Shown: positions 22,477 through 41,615 of the stretch, one piece after another
Layout: each line of letters begins with the position of its first letter
How positions within the stretch are numbered: the first letter of the stretch is position 1
The notes under the pieces: generated by a model
Told to the model about the DNA's origin: nothing
Database searches by the model: none
What the model saw: the letters and a program-made list of their open reading frames with translations, nothing else
DNA from: Dictyostelium discoideum
Taxonomy: Eukaryota
Length of the DNA stretch: 64,000 bases
Reading direction: 5' to 3'
Assembly (NCBI GenBank): GCA_000004695.1
Contig: CM000153.2
Location: 4,192,001 to 4,256,000, forward strand
Made by a program: the position numbers and the translations under genes

Positions 22477-23805
22477 TTATTTAATTGTTTTAATTGGAAT
22501 TTTTTTTGATGCTGAAATATTATCAATTATTTCTCTATTATTAAAATTTAATAATGACAATGATTTTAAAGAATTATTTGAAGAAATCATTTGAGAGAAT
22601 GTTTCAGTAAATTTTGAAGTTTCAGATAACTGTTGTTTTAATTCCTTGCAACATTTATTTTTACAAGCTGTACCAATTGATAGTGCAGATAAATGTTTAT
22701 GATTAATAAGCATATCTCTAACTCTTTCAAAGTAGAAATAAAAATCTGGTTTCTCCCATGAGAAAATAGGACGTTGTTTTGATAATTCATTCTCTGTAAA
22801 CTTGTAGATCATTGAGTTTTGGCACATTTGGAATGAAAGAGATTGTAATTTGGGTAAAGATTTTAAAATGTAATAAATCTCTTTAATCGATAAAACATCT
22901 TGAAGGGATACCTTTGAAATTGATAATTTTTCCATGAATGAGAAAACTTTGGTTCCTGGTGTATAATCAACGAGTTTCTTATATTTAAAATGTGGATCTG
23001 GAGTTTCACCATCATCACCACCACCTCCATGCTGTCTTGTTGATGGATGATGACTTGGTGATGGAACAATTGATAATTTATTTGGATTAAAATACTTTAT
23101 ATAATCCATAATTGCAAATGAACTTTCATCATCACAACATGAGTCAATTTTCAATTTATTAACTTTAAATTGGCAATTAGTTGCATGAGGTATCTCTGGA
23201 AAACCGAATATATTACAATAAAGACTAATATGTAAATCAATTTTAATTGTATCATTAATTTGCGATGATGGACTTGAAGATGATGACGAAGATGGTGATG
23301 ATTGTGGTGGTGGAAGTGGTGATGATTGTGATGATGATTTGAAAACTTTATTTAAAAATTCCAAATTAAATGTTTGTTCAGTTCTAATTAATTCTTTTTG
23401 TGAAAAATATCTACAAACAACAATCTTTTCCAAATTTTTTAATTGATTTATTTTATTTTTTAATCTAAATTGAAATTGATCATCATTTTCATATTGATTC
23501 AACTTTAGTATTGAGATATTATCTTTTTTTAGAATTGATAATTCACTCTCTTTTTCATTAAATGTTAAACCATGGAAATCTTTTGAAACAATTAAATTAT
23601 TTGATAAAGTTTTGAACCAACTTTTACAAACCAAGGCAAGTGTTAAAATAAAATTAGTTTCTTTAACTTTAAAATCTTTTTTAATATTTTCTATGCAACA
23701 TAATTTATTTTTTTGATTTTTTTTATTTATATGATTACATATAATTTTAATTAAATATTTTTGAAGATAAATATTAATTGGATATTTATTTTCAATATTA
23801 TCCAT
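22477..23805 (-). CDS. F-box-like domain protein (442 aa), close paralogue of 51076..52413
   Basis: The N-terminus has the F-box hallmark ..ILTLALVCKSWFKTLSNNL (the VCKxW core). The N-terminus (YLQKYLIKIICNHINKKN) and an internal segment (EIYYILKSLPKLQSLSFQMCQNSMIYKFTENELSKQRP) align with YLLKYIIRIACNYINK and DLYYLLKNSPNIKRLSFYICFDNLIYQFTNKKTLP of the gene at 51076. Confidence 0.7.
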   Translation of the reverse strand: MDNIENKYPINIYLQKYLIKIICNHINKKNQKNKLCCIENIKKDFKVKETNFILTLALVCKSWFKTLSNNLIVSKDFHGLTFNEKESELSILKKDNISILKLNQYENDDQFQFRLKNKINQLKNLEKIVVCRYFSQKELIRTEQTFNLEFLNKVFKSSSQSSPLPPPQSSPSSSSSSSPSSQINDTIKIDLHISLYCNIFGFPEIPHATNCQFKVNKLKIDSCCDDESSFAIMDYIKYFNPNKLSIVPSPSHHPSTRQHGGGGDDGETPDPHFKYKKLVDYTPGTKVFSFMEKLSISKVSLQDVLSIKEIYYILKSLPKLQSLSFQMCQNSMIYKFTENELSKQRPIFSWEKPDFYFYFERVRDMLINHKHLSALSIGTACKNKCCKELKQQLSETSKFTETFSQMISSNNSLKSLSLLNFNNREIIDNISASKKIPIKTIK

Positions 23806-23812
23806 TTTATTT

Positions 23813-23845
<33 letters not shown>

Positions 23846-25037
23846 CAAATTTATTTTATTTTATTTATAATATTTTAATTATTTTATTTTTATTATATTT
23901 TATTATATTTTATTTTATTTTATTTTATTTATACTTTTTTTTATATTATAATATTAATAAAGTTTTTTTTTTTTTATTTTTTTTTTAAAATTTTTTTTTT
24001 TTAATTATTATTTTTTAATTAATAGGTATTCAAATACACTTTTTTATTTATTATTAATACTATTAATTTTTTTTTTTTTTTTTTTATTGGTTTAAATACT
24101 TTTTTAAAAAATTAAAAAAAAAAAAAATGGAAAAAAAGAAAATAGATTAACTAGATCTTTGAAAAAAAAAAATAAAAATAAAAATAAAAAAAATAAATAA
24201 AATTAAAAAAAAAAAAATAAAACCTGTAATCTGTAGATGTAATAAAAATTAAATTTCAGTTAAAATAAATTTAATTTAAATAAATACAAAAAATGAAATG
24301 ACCCCCCAACTATTCAAAGATTATTATAAAATACGGAATACAAAATACAAAATAAAAAAAAATAAAAAAAAATAAAAATAAAAATAAAAAAAAATAAAAA
24401 AATGAACACAACACTGAATTAATTAAAAAAAATAAAAAATGTAAAAAAAATAAAAAAACTAAGCCGATTGTAATAAATACCTATATTAAATATCCCATAG
24501 TGCCCATCAATAAAATAAAAAGATTAAAAATTTCCTTTTATATTAAATGAATGTTGGTTGTGAAACCTCCTTTTGATTTTCATTATTCAAACCGTTTTTA
24601 AAAATCCTTTTTTTAGAAATTTTTTTTTTTTCCTATTTCCTTTTTTTTTTTTTTTTTTTTTTTTACCCAAAAATAGTATCTTCTTTTTATGAACATTACT
24701 TTTTTTACTGAAGTTTATTTTGTTGCAAGATAAAGTTCTGAAAAAAAAAAATTTCAAAAAATAATGAAAAAAATTTCAAAAAATATAAAATATTGAGATA
24801 AAAATAGAAATAAAAATAAAAAAGAATCAAAAATATTTAATCATTCATTTTTTTTTGTTTCCAAGAAATTTTAATTTATTTATTTAAATAAGTCATAAAA
24901 ATTAATTATTTTTTTTTTTATTTTTTTTTTTTTATTTTTTTTTTTTTTGAATTTTTTTTTTTTTTTTAAATTTTTTTTATTTTTACTTTTTATTATTTTT
25001 CGAAATTATCATTATCAAGCACATCAACAAATACACA

Positions 25038-25552
25038 ATGGAAAATACCAAAGAAGAACCAGGAGTTAACGGTGAAGCTCCAGTAAAGGATGAACACATC
25101 AATCTTAAAGTTAAAAACCAAGTGAGTAATCTCTCTCAAATGAAATAAAACTGAAAGAAATAAATATTAATAAAAAAATAATAATAATAATAAAGTAAAA
25201 ATAAAATAAAACTAATTTTTTAAAAAAATAATAAACTCTTTAGGGCGGTGGTGAAGTATTTTTCAAAATCAAGAGATCAACACCTTTAAAGAAATTAATG
25301 GAAGGTTTGTATATTCTTAATAATTCAAATTTTAAGAATAAATAAATTTTTTTTTTTTTTTCTTTCATACTTATTAACATATTCTATTTTTTACAAATAG
25401 CATATTGTCAAAGACAAGGTCTTAACTATGCAAGTTGTCGTTTCTTATTTGATGGTGTTCGTGTCAAAGAAGACGCCACACCAAATCAATTAGGTATGGA
25501 GAATGAAGATGTTTTAGATTGTGCATTAATGCAAACTGGTGGTTCTTTCTAA
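25038..25552 (+). CDS. sumo: SUMO (small ubiquitin-like modifier), join(25038..25121,25244..25304,25401..25552)
   Basis: The spliced product is MENTKEEPGVNGEAPVKDEHINLKVKNQ|GGGEVFFKIKRSTPLKKLMEA|YCQRQGLNYASCRFLFDGVRVKEDATPNQLGMENEDVLDCALMQTGGSF. This is a canonical SUMO fold sequence with the di-Gly processing site QTGG followed by a short tail. Donors are GTGAGT and GTTTGT; acceptors are TTTAG and AAATAG. Confidence 0.9.
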
Positions 25553-26364
25553 ATAGAATTTGTTTGAAATAACTTAGTGGTGTATTTAAAAAATAAAAAA
25601 AAAAAAAAAGAAAGAAAGAAAGAAGGAAGAAAAAAAAAAAAAAAAAAAAAAAAAAAACAATAAAATAGTGCATTTTGTTATAAAAAACTAAAATTTATTT
25701 TCAAATTTAGACTCAAGGTTTCAAAAATTTAAAAATAAAAAAAAAAATAGAAAAAAAAAAAAAAAAAATAACTTTTTTCATCACAAAACAAATCCCTAAA
25801 TCAATTTTTCGATCAGATCTTTTTAAATTTTAAAAAAAAAGTGGTAACTAATATTTTAAAATATTAAAATGGGCAAAATTAATAAGAAAAGTGGATAGAA
25901 AATAATTTATTTTGGGCTTTTGGATTTTTTTTTTTTTTTAAATATTTTTTTAATTAATCTTGTTTAGCTTTTTTTATTTTTGCCAGATTACTTAATATAT
26001 TTTAATCAAAAGAAATTTGACCTTTTTTTTTTTTTTTTTTTTTTTTGGAAAAGTAGTTGTAAATTTAAGAAAAAAAACAAAAAATTGAGAAAAAAAAAGA
26101 AAAAAACTGTTGGTTTGATGCCAAATTTTAGCTTTGGTACGGGCGTTAGATATTTTTTTTTTTTTAAATTTTTTTTTTTTTTAATTTTCATACCAGGCAG
26201 CAGGCAAATTTAAAATACTTCCCACCTTTATTTTCAAAGGACGGAATTAATAAATAATTAATTATTTTATTTTTTTTTTTTTTTTTGAAAAAATATTGGA
26301 GGTTATAAAAAAGTATTTTTTTTTTTTTTTTTTTTTTATTATTTATTTACATATCTCAAAAACA

Positions 26365-28358
26365 ATGAGACTCCTTTTAGTACTATTGGCACTAATTTTT
26401 AGTGTTGTTAGTGCTCAACAAAATACTTGCGCACAATTATGCAAAGATAATAAAGACGTATGTAGAATTTATTATTATTATTTTTTTTATTATTTTTTTT
26501 TTATTATTTTTTTTTGGTATCAATTTTTTAACTAATCAAAAAATTTTGGGTGTTTTTGGAATTAATTTTTTTTTTTTTTTGATATTTTTTTTTCTTTTGA
26601 TAATTTTTTTTTTTTTGATATTTTTTTATTTTTTTTATTTATAGATGTGTTGTTCATTATCAAAAAATAGTGAATATTTATTAACAACACACAACAAAGA
26701 AGAAAAAACTCAATCATGTGGCGATAAATTCAATTCAGAAGATTATTATGTAGCAGGATCAAACCGTTTTGGTTGTGGTAACTCTGTTACCATTTGTAAG
26801 GTACAATCAGATGACTCAAAGATTGAAATTACTCCAAATCGTAGATTTGGTCATCATGGTGGTGGCGTTGCTGGCTCAATTGCCAATGCCGCTTCATCAA
26901 TTTCTTCAGTTGCAAATTCAGTCTCATCAATGACTAATTCAGTTTCATCATTAGCAAATTCAGTTTCATCATTAGCTGGTTCAATGTCATCATCAGGTTC
27001 ATCATCATCATCAGGTTCATCAGGTTCATCATCATCATCATCAGGTTCATCAGGTGGTGGTTCATCAGGTGGTGGTTCAGGTGGCGGTGGTGGTGGTTCA
27101 GGTTTAGTTGTTGGTAAAGAACGTAGATTTGGTAAACATGGTGGTGGTGGTATTGCAGGTTCAATGAATTCAGCTGCAACCTCTTTATCATCATTAGCAT
27201 CAGATGTTTCTTCAGTTGCATCTGTTGTATCATCACTTTCAAGTTCATCATCAGCTGATGCTGGTTCATCAGGTGCCCAAGGTAGTGGTTCAACCAGTGG
27301 TGATGGTAATGCTCCACCAGGTTCAACTGGTGGTACAGGTGGTTCATCTGGTTCATCAGGTGGTGGTTCTGGTGGCGGTGGTGGTGGTTCTGGATTAGTT
27401 GTTGGAGAACGTAAATTTGGTCATCACGGTGGTGGTGGTGTTGCTGGTTCAATTGCCAACGCCGCTTCATCAATTGCCTCTGTTGCAAATTCAGTCTCAT
27501 CAATGACAAATTCAGTTTCATCATTAGCTAACTCAGTTTCATCATTAGCTGGTTCAATGTCATCTTCAGGTTCATCAAGTTCATCAGGTTCATCAGGTTC
27601 ATCATCATCATCTTCATCTTCAGGTTCATCAGGTGGTAGCTCAGGTGGTGGTTCATCAGGTGGTGGTTCAGGTGGTGGCGGTGGTGGTTCTGGATTAGTT
27701 GTTGGAGAACGTAAATTTGGTCATCACGGTGGTGGTGGTGTTGCTGGTTCAATCGCTAATGCCGCTTCATCAATTGCCTCTGTTGCAAATTCAGTCTCAT
27801 CAATGACCAATTCAGTTTCATCATTAGCTAACTCAGTTTCATCATTAGCTGGTTCATCATCATCATCAGGTTCATCAGGTTCATCATCATCATCATCATC
27901 ATCAGGTTCATCAGGTGGTTCATCAGGTGGTTCATCAGGTGGCGGTGGTGGTTCAGGTGAATTATTATCACAAAACCAAGTTTTCGCTACTTGTGTTAGA
28001 GTTATTTCAACCAATGTGTAAGTTTTTTTTTTTTTTTCCAATAATTATATTTCTGAATATTTTCTAACTCGAAATTTTTAAATTAATTTTAAAAAAAAAA
28101 AATAGTGGACCAAATGTTGATATTGAAGATAAAATTGGTAAACCAATTATGGATGCATCAACAAAAGTTTGCGAGGATCTCTTTGGATCACCATATTGTC
28201 AATGGACCGATAACCATATTGTTACTGCTGTTTCAAGCAAATTAGATGATGGTTTCCCAACTCAAGGTGCATTCAATGTTACTCGTTCTCAATACGGTTA
28301 CATCATGGAAAATGGCCATTATTTAAATAATAAAGGAAACTCTGTTAGAATTAATTAA
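26365..28358 (+). CDS. Secreted Ser/Gly-rich tandem-repeat protein, join(26365..26457,26645..28017,28106..28358)
   Basis: Exon 1 encodes the signal peptide MRLLLVLLALIFSVVSAQQ.. with a GTATGT donor. Exon 2 holds four ~95-aa repeats of the form (R/K)FGHHGGG(G)VAGSIANAASSI(A/S)SVANSVSSMTNSVSSLANSVSSLAGS..S/G-rich..GLVVGE(R/K). A GTAAGT donor at 28018 leads to a final exon encoding a Cys-containing C-terminal domain (CEDLFGSPYCQWTDNHIVTAV...). Confidence 0.7.
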
Positions 28359-29428
28359 ATAAATAATATATTAAACTAAGAATATAAAAAAAAAAAAAAT
28401 AAAAAAAAAAAAAATAAAAAAAAAATAAAATAAAAGATTGTACAAATTATATAAAAAAATAAAAAGAAAGTTTTTTAATTATTAAAGAAAAATTTAAATA
28501 ATACCCTTAGTAGTTATGGAGAAAAGTTATTCTAACGAAATACTAAAAAAAAAAAAAAAAAAAAAAAATATTTCATTTATTTTTATTTTCGAAGATAATT
28601 TCAAACACTATTAGAATCAATAGTGTTAATTATAAACCAATTAATTTTTTTTCTATCATTCTATTACATCGAGAAGGTTTATCAATTCGAAAAAAGTTAA
28701 ATATTAATTTTTTAAAAAAAAGGGCAAAGTCGTCATCAAAATTTAAAAATTTAAAAAATCCTGAAAAAATGGAAAATATCTTTTTTCCTTTTTTTTTCCT
28801 CATTTTTCTTTTTCTTTTTCTTTTTCGTCACCAAAAAAAAATAATAATCAAACAAATTCAATTTATCTTTTTTTAAAACAAATAGAAATCAATAATAAGT
28901 AATAAAAAAATTATGATTAATTTCTTAAATTAAAAATTTAAAATTTAAAAATTAAAGAGCCTATACACAAATATTTATTTCTTAAAACAAAATATTAAAA
29001 AAAAAAAATAAAAACTTCCCCAAATCAGTTTATTTTTGATTTTTTTAATTTTTTTTTTTTTTTTTAATTTTTTTTATTTTTTTTAGATTTTTAATTTTTT
29101 TTTTTATTATTTTTTTTTTTTTTTTTATTTTTCCTTTCAATCCGTTTTCCTATTTTTACGTTGTGTTTTTTTTTTTATATTTTTTTTTTTATCTAAAGCC
29201 AAACCAATACTTATATAAATATATATCTAATATAATTTATTGTAAATTTATTATTTTTATTATTATTATTATTGTTTAATTTTTTTTTTTTTCACATTAA
29301 AAAATAAACAACACCACATAATTATTATTATTATTAAATTAAAGAGTAATAAATTATATATAAATATACATCATCAAATCGATAGTTTTTTTTCCCAACA
29401 CTAAATAAATAAAATAAATAAATAAATA

Positions 29429-29851
<423 letters not shown>

Positions 29852-30146
29852 AAATTTAAATAATAAAGAAAAAAAAAAAAAAAAAAAAAACAAAAAATAT
29901 AGCCTACCAACAAAAACAACAACACAACAGCAATAATAAAATAATAAGAATAAGATGATAACAATAATGATAATAATAATAATGATAATAACAATAATTT
30001 GTAAGTTACAATAATCCAATCGACCTCCAAAAATTAAATAAAAAAAAAAAAAAAAAAATTAAAAAATAAAGAAAATAAAAATAAAATAGTGGTCAGTAGG
30101 TAATTGTATACACTGAACCCAATTTATTGAACTGCTATTTTAATTT

Positions 30147-30181
<35 letters not shown>

Positions 30182-30259
30182 TAATATACTCTCCCTTTTG
30201 TCTGTGTTTTTATTTTAATTTTTTATTTTATTTTATTTTATTTTATTTTATTTAAAAGT

Positions 30260-33144
<2,885 letters not shown>

Positions 33145-33201
33145 TACGAAGATTGGTTTTAAAATTAATTTTTATAAATTTTTTTTATTTTTTCCCCAAA
33201 C

Positions 33202-33233
<32 letters not shown>

Positions 33234-33298
33234 CCATTTTTGGCGGGAAAACATTAATCCATTAATTTTATATGTTTATATATATATGTTTATAAAAT

Positions 33299-33340
<42 letters not shown>

Positions 33341-33852
33341 GTTACATTTGGAAATTAAAATTTAATTAATTAAAAAAATTTTTAAAAGGAAATAAATTAA
33401 ATTTTAATAATTAAAAAAAAAAAAATAATAATGTTTAGTGGCAATAAAAATTAAATTTAATTGGACTACAAATGTGGTGCTAAAAATAAATGAATAATTA
33501 AATTCTTACCAGTTTGTTATGTATGTATTTTTTTTTTGTTATTTTGATATTATTCATCAAAGGAAATATCCAATTTAAGAGAAATTGTTGTATTATACGT
33601 AGTGGGTTTGTGGGTATTTATTAGTGGGTGTTTGTATAAAATATTCACAAAAATAAATAGTTTTTCCAGAAAAGATGGTTTTATTTTATACAATTAAAGT
33701 GATTTTCAATATATACATACAGATACATAAAATATATGTATTTTTTTTTTTTTTTAAAAAAAAAAAATTAAATAAATAAAATAAATAATATAAATAAAAT
33801 AAATAAATAAATAATACAGTGTGTGGTGTTTTTTTTTTTTTCTTTTTTCTAT

Positions 33853-33897
<45 letters not shown>

Positions 33898-35187
33898 TCT
33901 ATCAAAATACAAATATATCTGAAATATAATCAAAAAAAAAAAATAACATATAAAAATAAAAATAACAATAACATTACAGTTATAAACATATGTATGCACT
34001 TTAATTTTTTTTTAATTTTTTTTCTTTTTTAATTTATTGTTGTTTAATTTATTTCTTTTTTATTTAATTATTTGTTTTTATTTTATTTTATTTTTTAATT
34101 ATTATTATTTTTTTTTTTTTTTTTTAAAATTTTTTTTTTTTTTTTTTTTTAAATGATTGATTTCCTCCTAAGGACAAAAAAAAAAAAAAAAAAAAAAAAA
34201 TTTATTAAATATTTTTGGTGTTTTTTATATGAATAAATAAATTAAAAAAGCAAGTCGGAGAAATAATAGTAATAATTAAATAATTTTAACTTAATTTTTA
34301 AATTTTTTTTTTTTTTTTTAATTCATTAAACCATCATTTTTTTTTTTTTTTTTTTTTTTATTTTTATCAAAATACAAATTACTATTATGGATCCGACTAT
34401 TAAATAATAAAATATTTTATTTTTAGAGGTTTTTTTTTTTTTTTTTTTTTAATATTCTCATCACACACAACCACTCTCAACAACACAATACTGTTAGTGT
34501 GAGCACACTCGAGTGTTTGTTATTTTCGCTAAATGTAAATATATGTTAAAAAAAAAAAAAAAAAAATAAATAAAAAATAAAAATAAAAATAATTATAAAT
34601 AAATAAAATTAATAAGAAAAGAAAAGAAAAGAAAAAAAAAAAAAAAAAAAAAACCAATTAAAAAAAAAAAAAAATAAAATAAAATAATTAAAATTAAATT
34701 CCTTTTGTAATAATTTTATAAATATTAAAAAAATACACTATTTGACAATAATCGATTATAATAATTGTAATTAAGTTTAAATAATTTTTTTCTTTGTTTC
34801 CTTTTTCCTTTTTTTTTTTTTTTTTTTTTTTTAAGTGTTTCTTTTTTCTTTGATGCAAAAAAAAAAAAACAACAAAAAAAAACAAATATCTTTAAAGTAA
34901 ACTTTTTTTTTTTCTGTTTTCCATGTTTTGTGAAAAAAAAAAAAAAAAAAAAAAAAAAAATAAAATAAAATAGAGAAAAAAATAAATAATGTTTATTTAT
35001 AATAGATTAAATAAATAATTATAATCATATCATAATTACCATAATTATTTATTTTTTTATTTTTTTATTTTTTTATTTTTTTTTTTAAAACAAATATTTT
35101 AATATAAAAAAAAAAAAATAAAAAAAATAAAAAAAAAATTAAAAAATTAAAAAATAAAAAAAAAAAAACTCAAAAAAAAATCTTTTA

Positions 35188-35218
<31 letters not shown>

Positions 35219-35446
35219 CTGTTGTAATGATACTCCAGTAACAATAAACTAATTTTTGTGCAAATATTATTTTAGTTTTTTTTTTTTTTTTTTATTATTT
35301 AAGAGAGAATACTTCAATTTATAAATTGTAAAGCAATCAAAGTAATATTACCAAATTCAACAACCTTTTTGTATATAGAAAAAAAAGAAAGAAAAGAAGA
35401 AAGAAAGAAAAAAAGAAAACAATTTTAAAAATAAATTGTGCATAAA

Positions 35447-35497
35447 ATCACACAGACTCACACAAACACACATACATACACACACATATATAGTCAC
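35447..35497 (+). promoter_or_regulatory. C/A-rich element (cacacagactcacacaaacacacatacatacacacacat) 25-75 nt upstream of the G-alpha ATG
   Basis: A 50-nt tract with about 50% C in otherwise >85% A+T flanks. It resembles the Dictyostelium CA-rich/G-box type developmental promoter elements (CAE, GBF-binding). Confidence 0.3.
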
Positions 35498-35523
35498 TTA
35501 ATAAATTAATAGACATTAAAAAG

Positions 35524-37064
35524 ATGGGTTGTATATTAACAATTGAAGCAAAGAAATCAAGAGATATCGACTATCAATTAAGAAAAGAAGAAGGAAGTAA
35601 AAATGAAACCAAATTACTTTTATTGGGACCTGGTGAATCAGGTAAATCAACTATATTTAAACAAATGAAGATTATTCAAGACGATGGTGGTTTCTCAATA
35701 GACGAAAGATTAGAATACAGATATATTATTTATGGTAATTGCATAAGCCAAATGAAAGTTTTGGTAACTGCTGCTATCTCTCAAGATTTAAAACCAAATA
35801 ATCCTGATAATGAGGTAAGATATATATATATATATTAATAATCATTCTCTTCATTCATTATCATACACTATTCATCAATTTTTCTTTCTTTTTTTTTTTT
35901 TTTAAAAATTATTATCTTTTTTTTTTTTTTTTTTTTTTTTTTTCTTCGTTGTAAACACTTTCATCACCTTTTTTTTTATTTTTTTTTATTTATTTTCGCC
36001 GCACTGAAGAAAATATGACGTGTTTTTCTCAAACTTTTTTTCCGCTCAAAAAAAAAAAAAAAAAAAATAATCAAAAAAAAAAAAAAAAAAAATCAAAAAA
36101 ATCAAAAAAATCAAAAAAATAATTCGATTTTATTTTTTTCTATTTTTATTTAAATGATTAAATGATTAATTTTTTATATAATTTTTATTAATATAATTAT
36201 AGACTAGATTTGAAAAGTTTTCAAAGATTTCACCAGGTGGCAACTCTTGGACATTAGAGATTGCAGAAGATATTAAACAATTATGGAGCGATGATAGTAT
36301 ACAAAATATTTATAGAATGAAAGATAAATTTTATCAATTAAATGATTCTGCAGCATAGTATGTATACTAGTATTATTAGTAGTTGAAGAAGTAGTAGTAA
36401 TAGTTAATTTTTTTTTTTTTAAGATAACTAATTAATTTTTTTTTTTTTTTTTTTTTAAAATTATAGCTTTTTTGATAATATTGGTAGATTTGCAAATGAA
36501 AATTATGTACCAACACAAGATGATGTATTAAGATCAAGAGTACGTACAACTGGTATTCAAGAAGCACACTTTAAATTCATTAATATAGAATTTAGAATGT
36601 TAGATGTTGGTGGACAAAGATCAGAAAGAAGAAAATGGATTCATTGTTTTGATTCAGTTACAGCAGTTATATTTTGCGTTGCTTTGAGCGAATATGATCA
36701 AACATTACGTGAAGAAGAATCTCAAAATAGAATGAAGGAATCGTTAATGTTATTCGATGAAATTGTTAATAGTCATTGGTTTAGAAATACAGCATTCATT
36801 ATATTTTTTAATAAAGTCGATCTTTTCCGTGAGAAAATCGCAAAGATTGATTTAGGTGATTATTTCCCCGCTTATACTGGTGGTTTATCATTTGATAACT
36901 CTACTCAATTTATAAAGAAAATGTTTTTAGACCTTTCAACTGGAAATCAAAGAATCTTTGCTCATTTCACTTGTGCAATTGATACTGCAAATATTCAATT
37001 TGTATTTCATGCTGTTAGAGAAACTTTATTAAAAAATATCTTTAATACAATCATAAATTATTAA
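35524..37064 (+). CDS. Heterotrimeric G-protein alpha subunit (about 347 aa), join(35524..35814,36203..36357,36467..37064)
   Basis: MGCILT (N-terminal Gly2/Cys3 acylation site) is followed by the P-loop KLLLLGPGESGKSTIFKQMKII. Later motifs are QLNDSAAYFFDNIG, VLRSRVRTTGI, DVGGQRSERRKWIHCF, FLNKVDLF and TCAIDT. Donors are GTAAGA and GTATGT; acceptors are TTATAG and TTATAG. Confidence 0.9.
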
Positions 37065-37392
37065 ATCTTTTTTTTTTTTTTTTTTTTTTTTTGAAATAAA
37101 AGAAAAAAAAAAAAAAAAGTAATAATAATAATAATAAATAATGGTAGAGTTGGAAGAAAAAGTAAAATAGTTTTATAAAAAAATAAAAAAAAAAAAAAAA
37201 AAATAATAAAAAAACAAAAAAAAAAAAAGTAAATAATAAAAAAAAAATTAAATAAAAAAACAAATGTATTTAAAAATAATTAATATCAAATTTGTTATTT
37301 TCCATTTTTTGTTAAATAATTTATTTATTTATTTAAAATATATAAATTTAAATTAATTATTTAATTTATATTGGAAATTGTAATATTATTTT

Positions 37393-38570
<1,178 letters not shown>

Positions 38571-39248
38571 AATTATTTATTAAATATATTTTATTATAAT
38601 TTATTAAATATATTTATTATTATTTATGGAATTTTAGAAAAAAGAAAACAGAAAAAAAAAAAAAAAGAAAAAAAAAAAAAAAAAAAAAAAATTTAAATTA
38701 TAAAAATAAAATATGGATTTTCACTCAACGGCTTCATTGCAATTCTTAAACTATGGATGTAAGTTTCCAAATAACGTTCAATTTTAATTTATTAAAAAAA
38801 AACAAAAAAAAAATAATTTCTGGAAATTATTTTTTAAAATCTCCCCTCATTTCCGTTTTTTTTTTTTTTTTTTTAATTTTTATTTTTTTTATTTTTTTTA
38901 TTTTTAAAAAAAGATTAAAAAATTAATTTTTTTTTTTTTTAAAATTATTATTTATTTTAGACAATACCAGAATAAAAAAAAAAAAAAAATAAAAATAGAT
39001 TTGGTTTAGGTTTTAATATTTTATAAAATCATAATAATGAGTCAAAAAAAAAAAAAAAAAAAAAAAACAAAAAAATTATTAAATGAGTCAAAGATCCTTG
39101 GATTCTTTTTTTTTTTTTTTTTTTTTATTCTGGGGATTGTTTTAAATAAATAATAATTTAATAAAAAAAATTAATAATTATTTTATTTTTATTTTTATTT
39201 TTTTTTTATTTTTTTCATTTTTTTTTTTTCCTTTTTACTTTTTATTTT

Positions 39249-39290
<42 letters not shown>

Positions 39291-39344
39291 TTATTAATTA
39301 AACAAATAAATAAATAAATAAATAAATAAATAAATATATAAAAA

Positions 39345-41615
<2,271 letters not shown>

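Noticed and set aside
26934-28041. Minus-strand ORFs 26934..27524, 27528..27752 and 27724..28041 (His/Gln-rich, PPPPPDEPPDEP)
   Set aside because: Antisense readings of the GGT/TCA-rich Ser/Gly repeat exon. The sense strand has a signal peptide, consistent splice sites and repeat structure.
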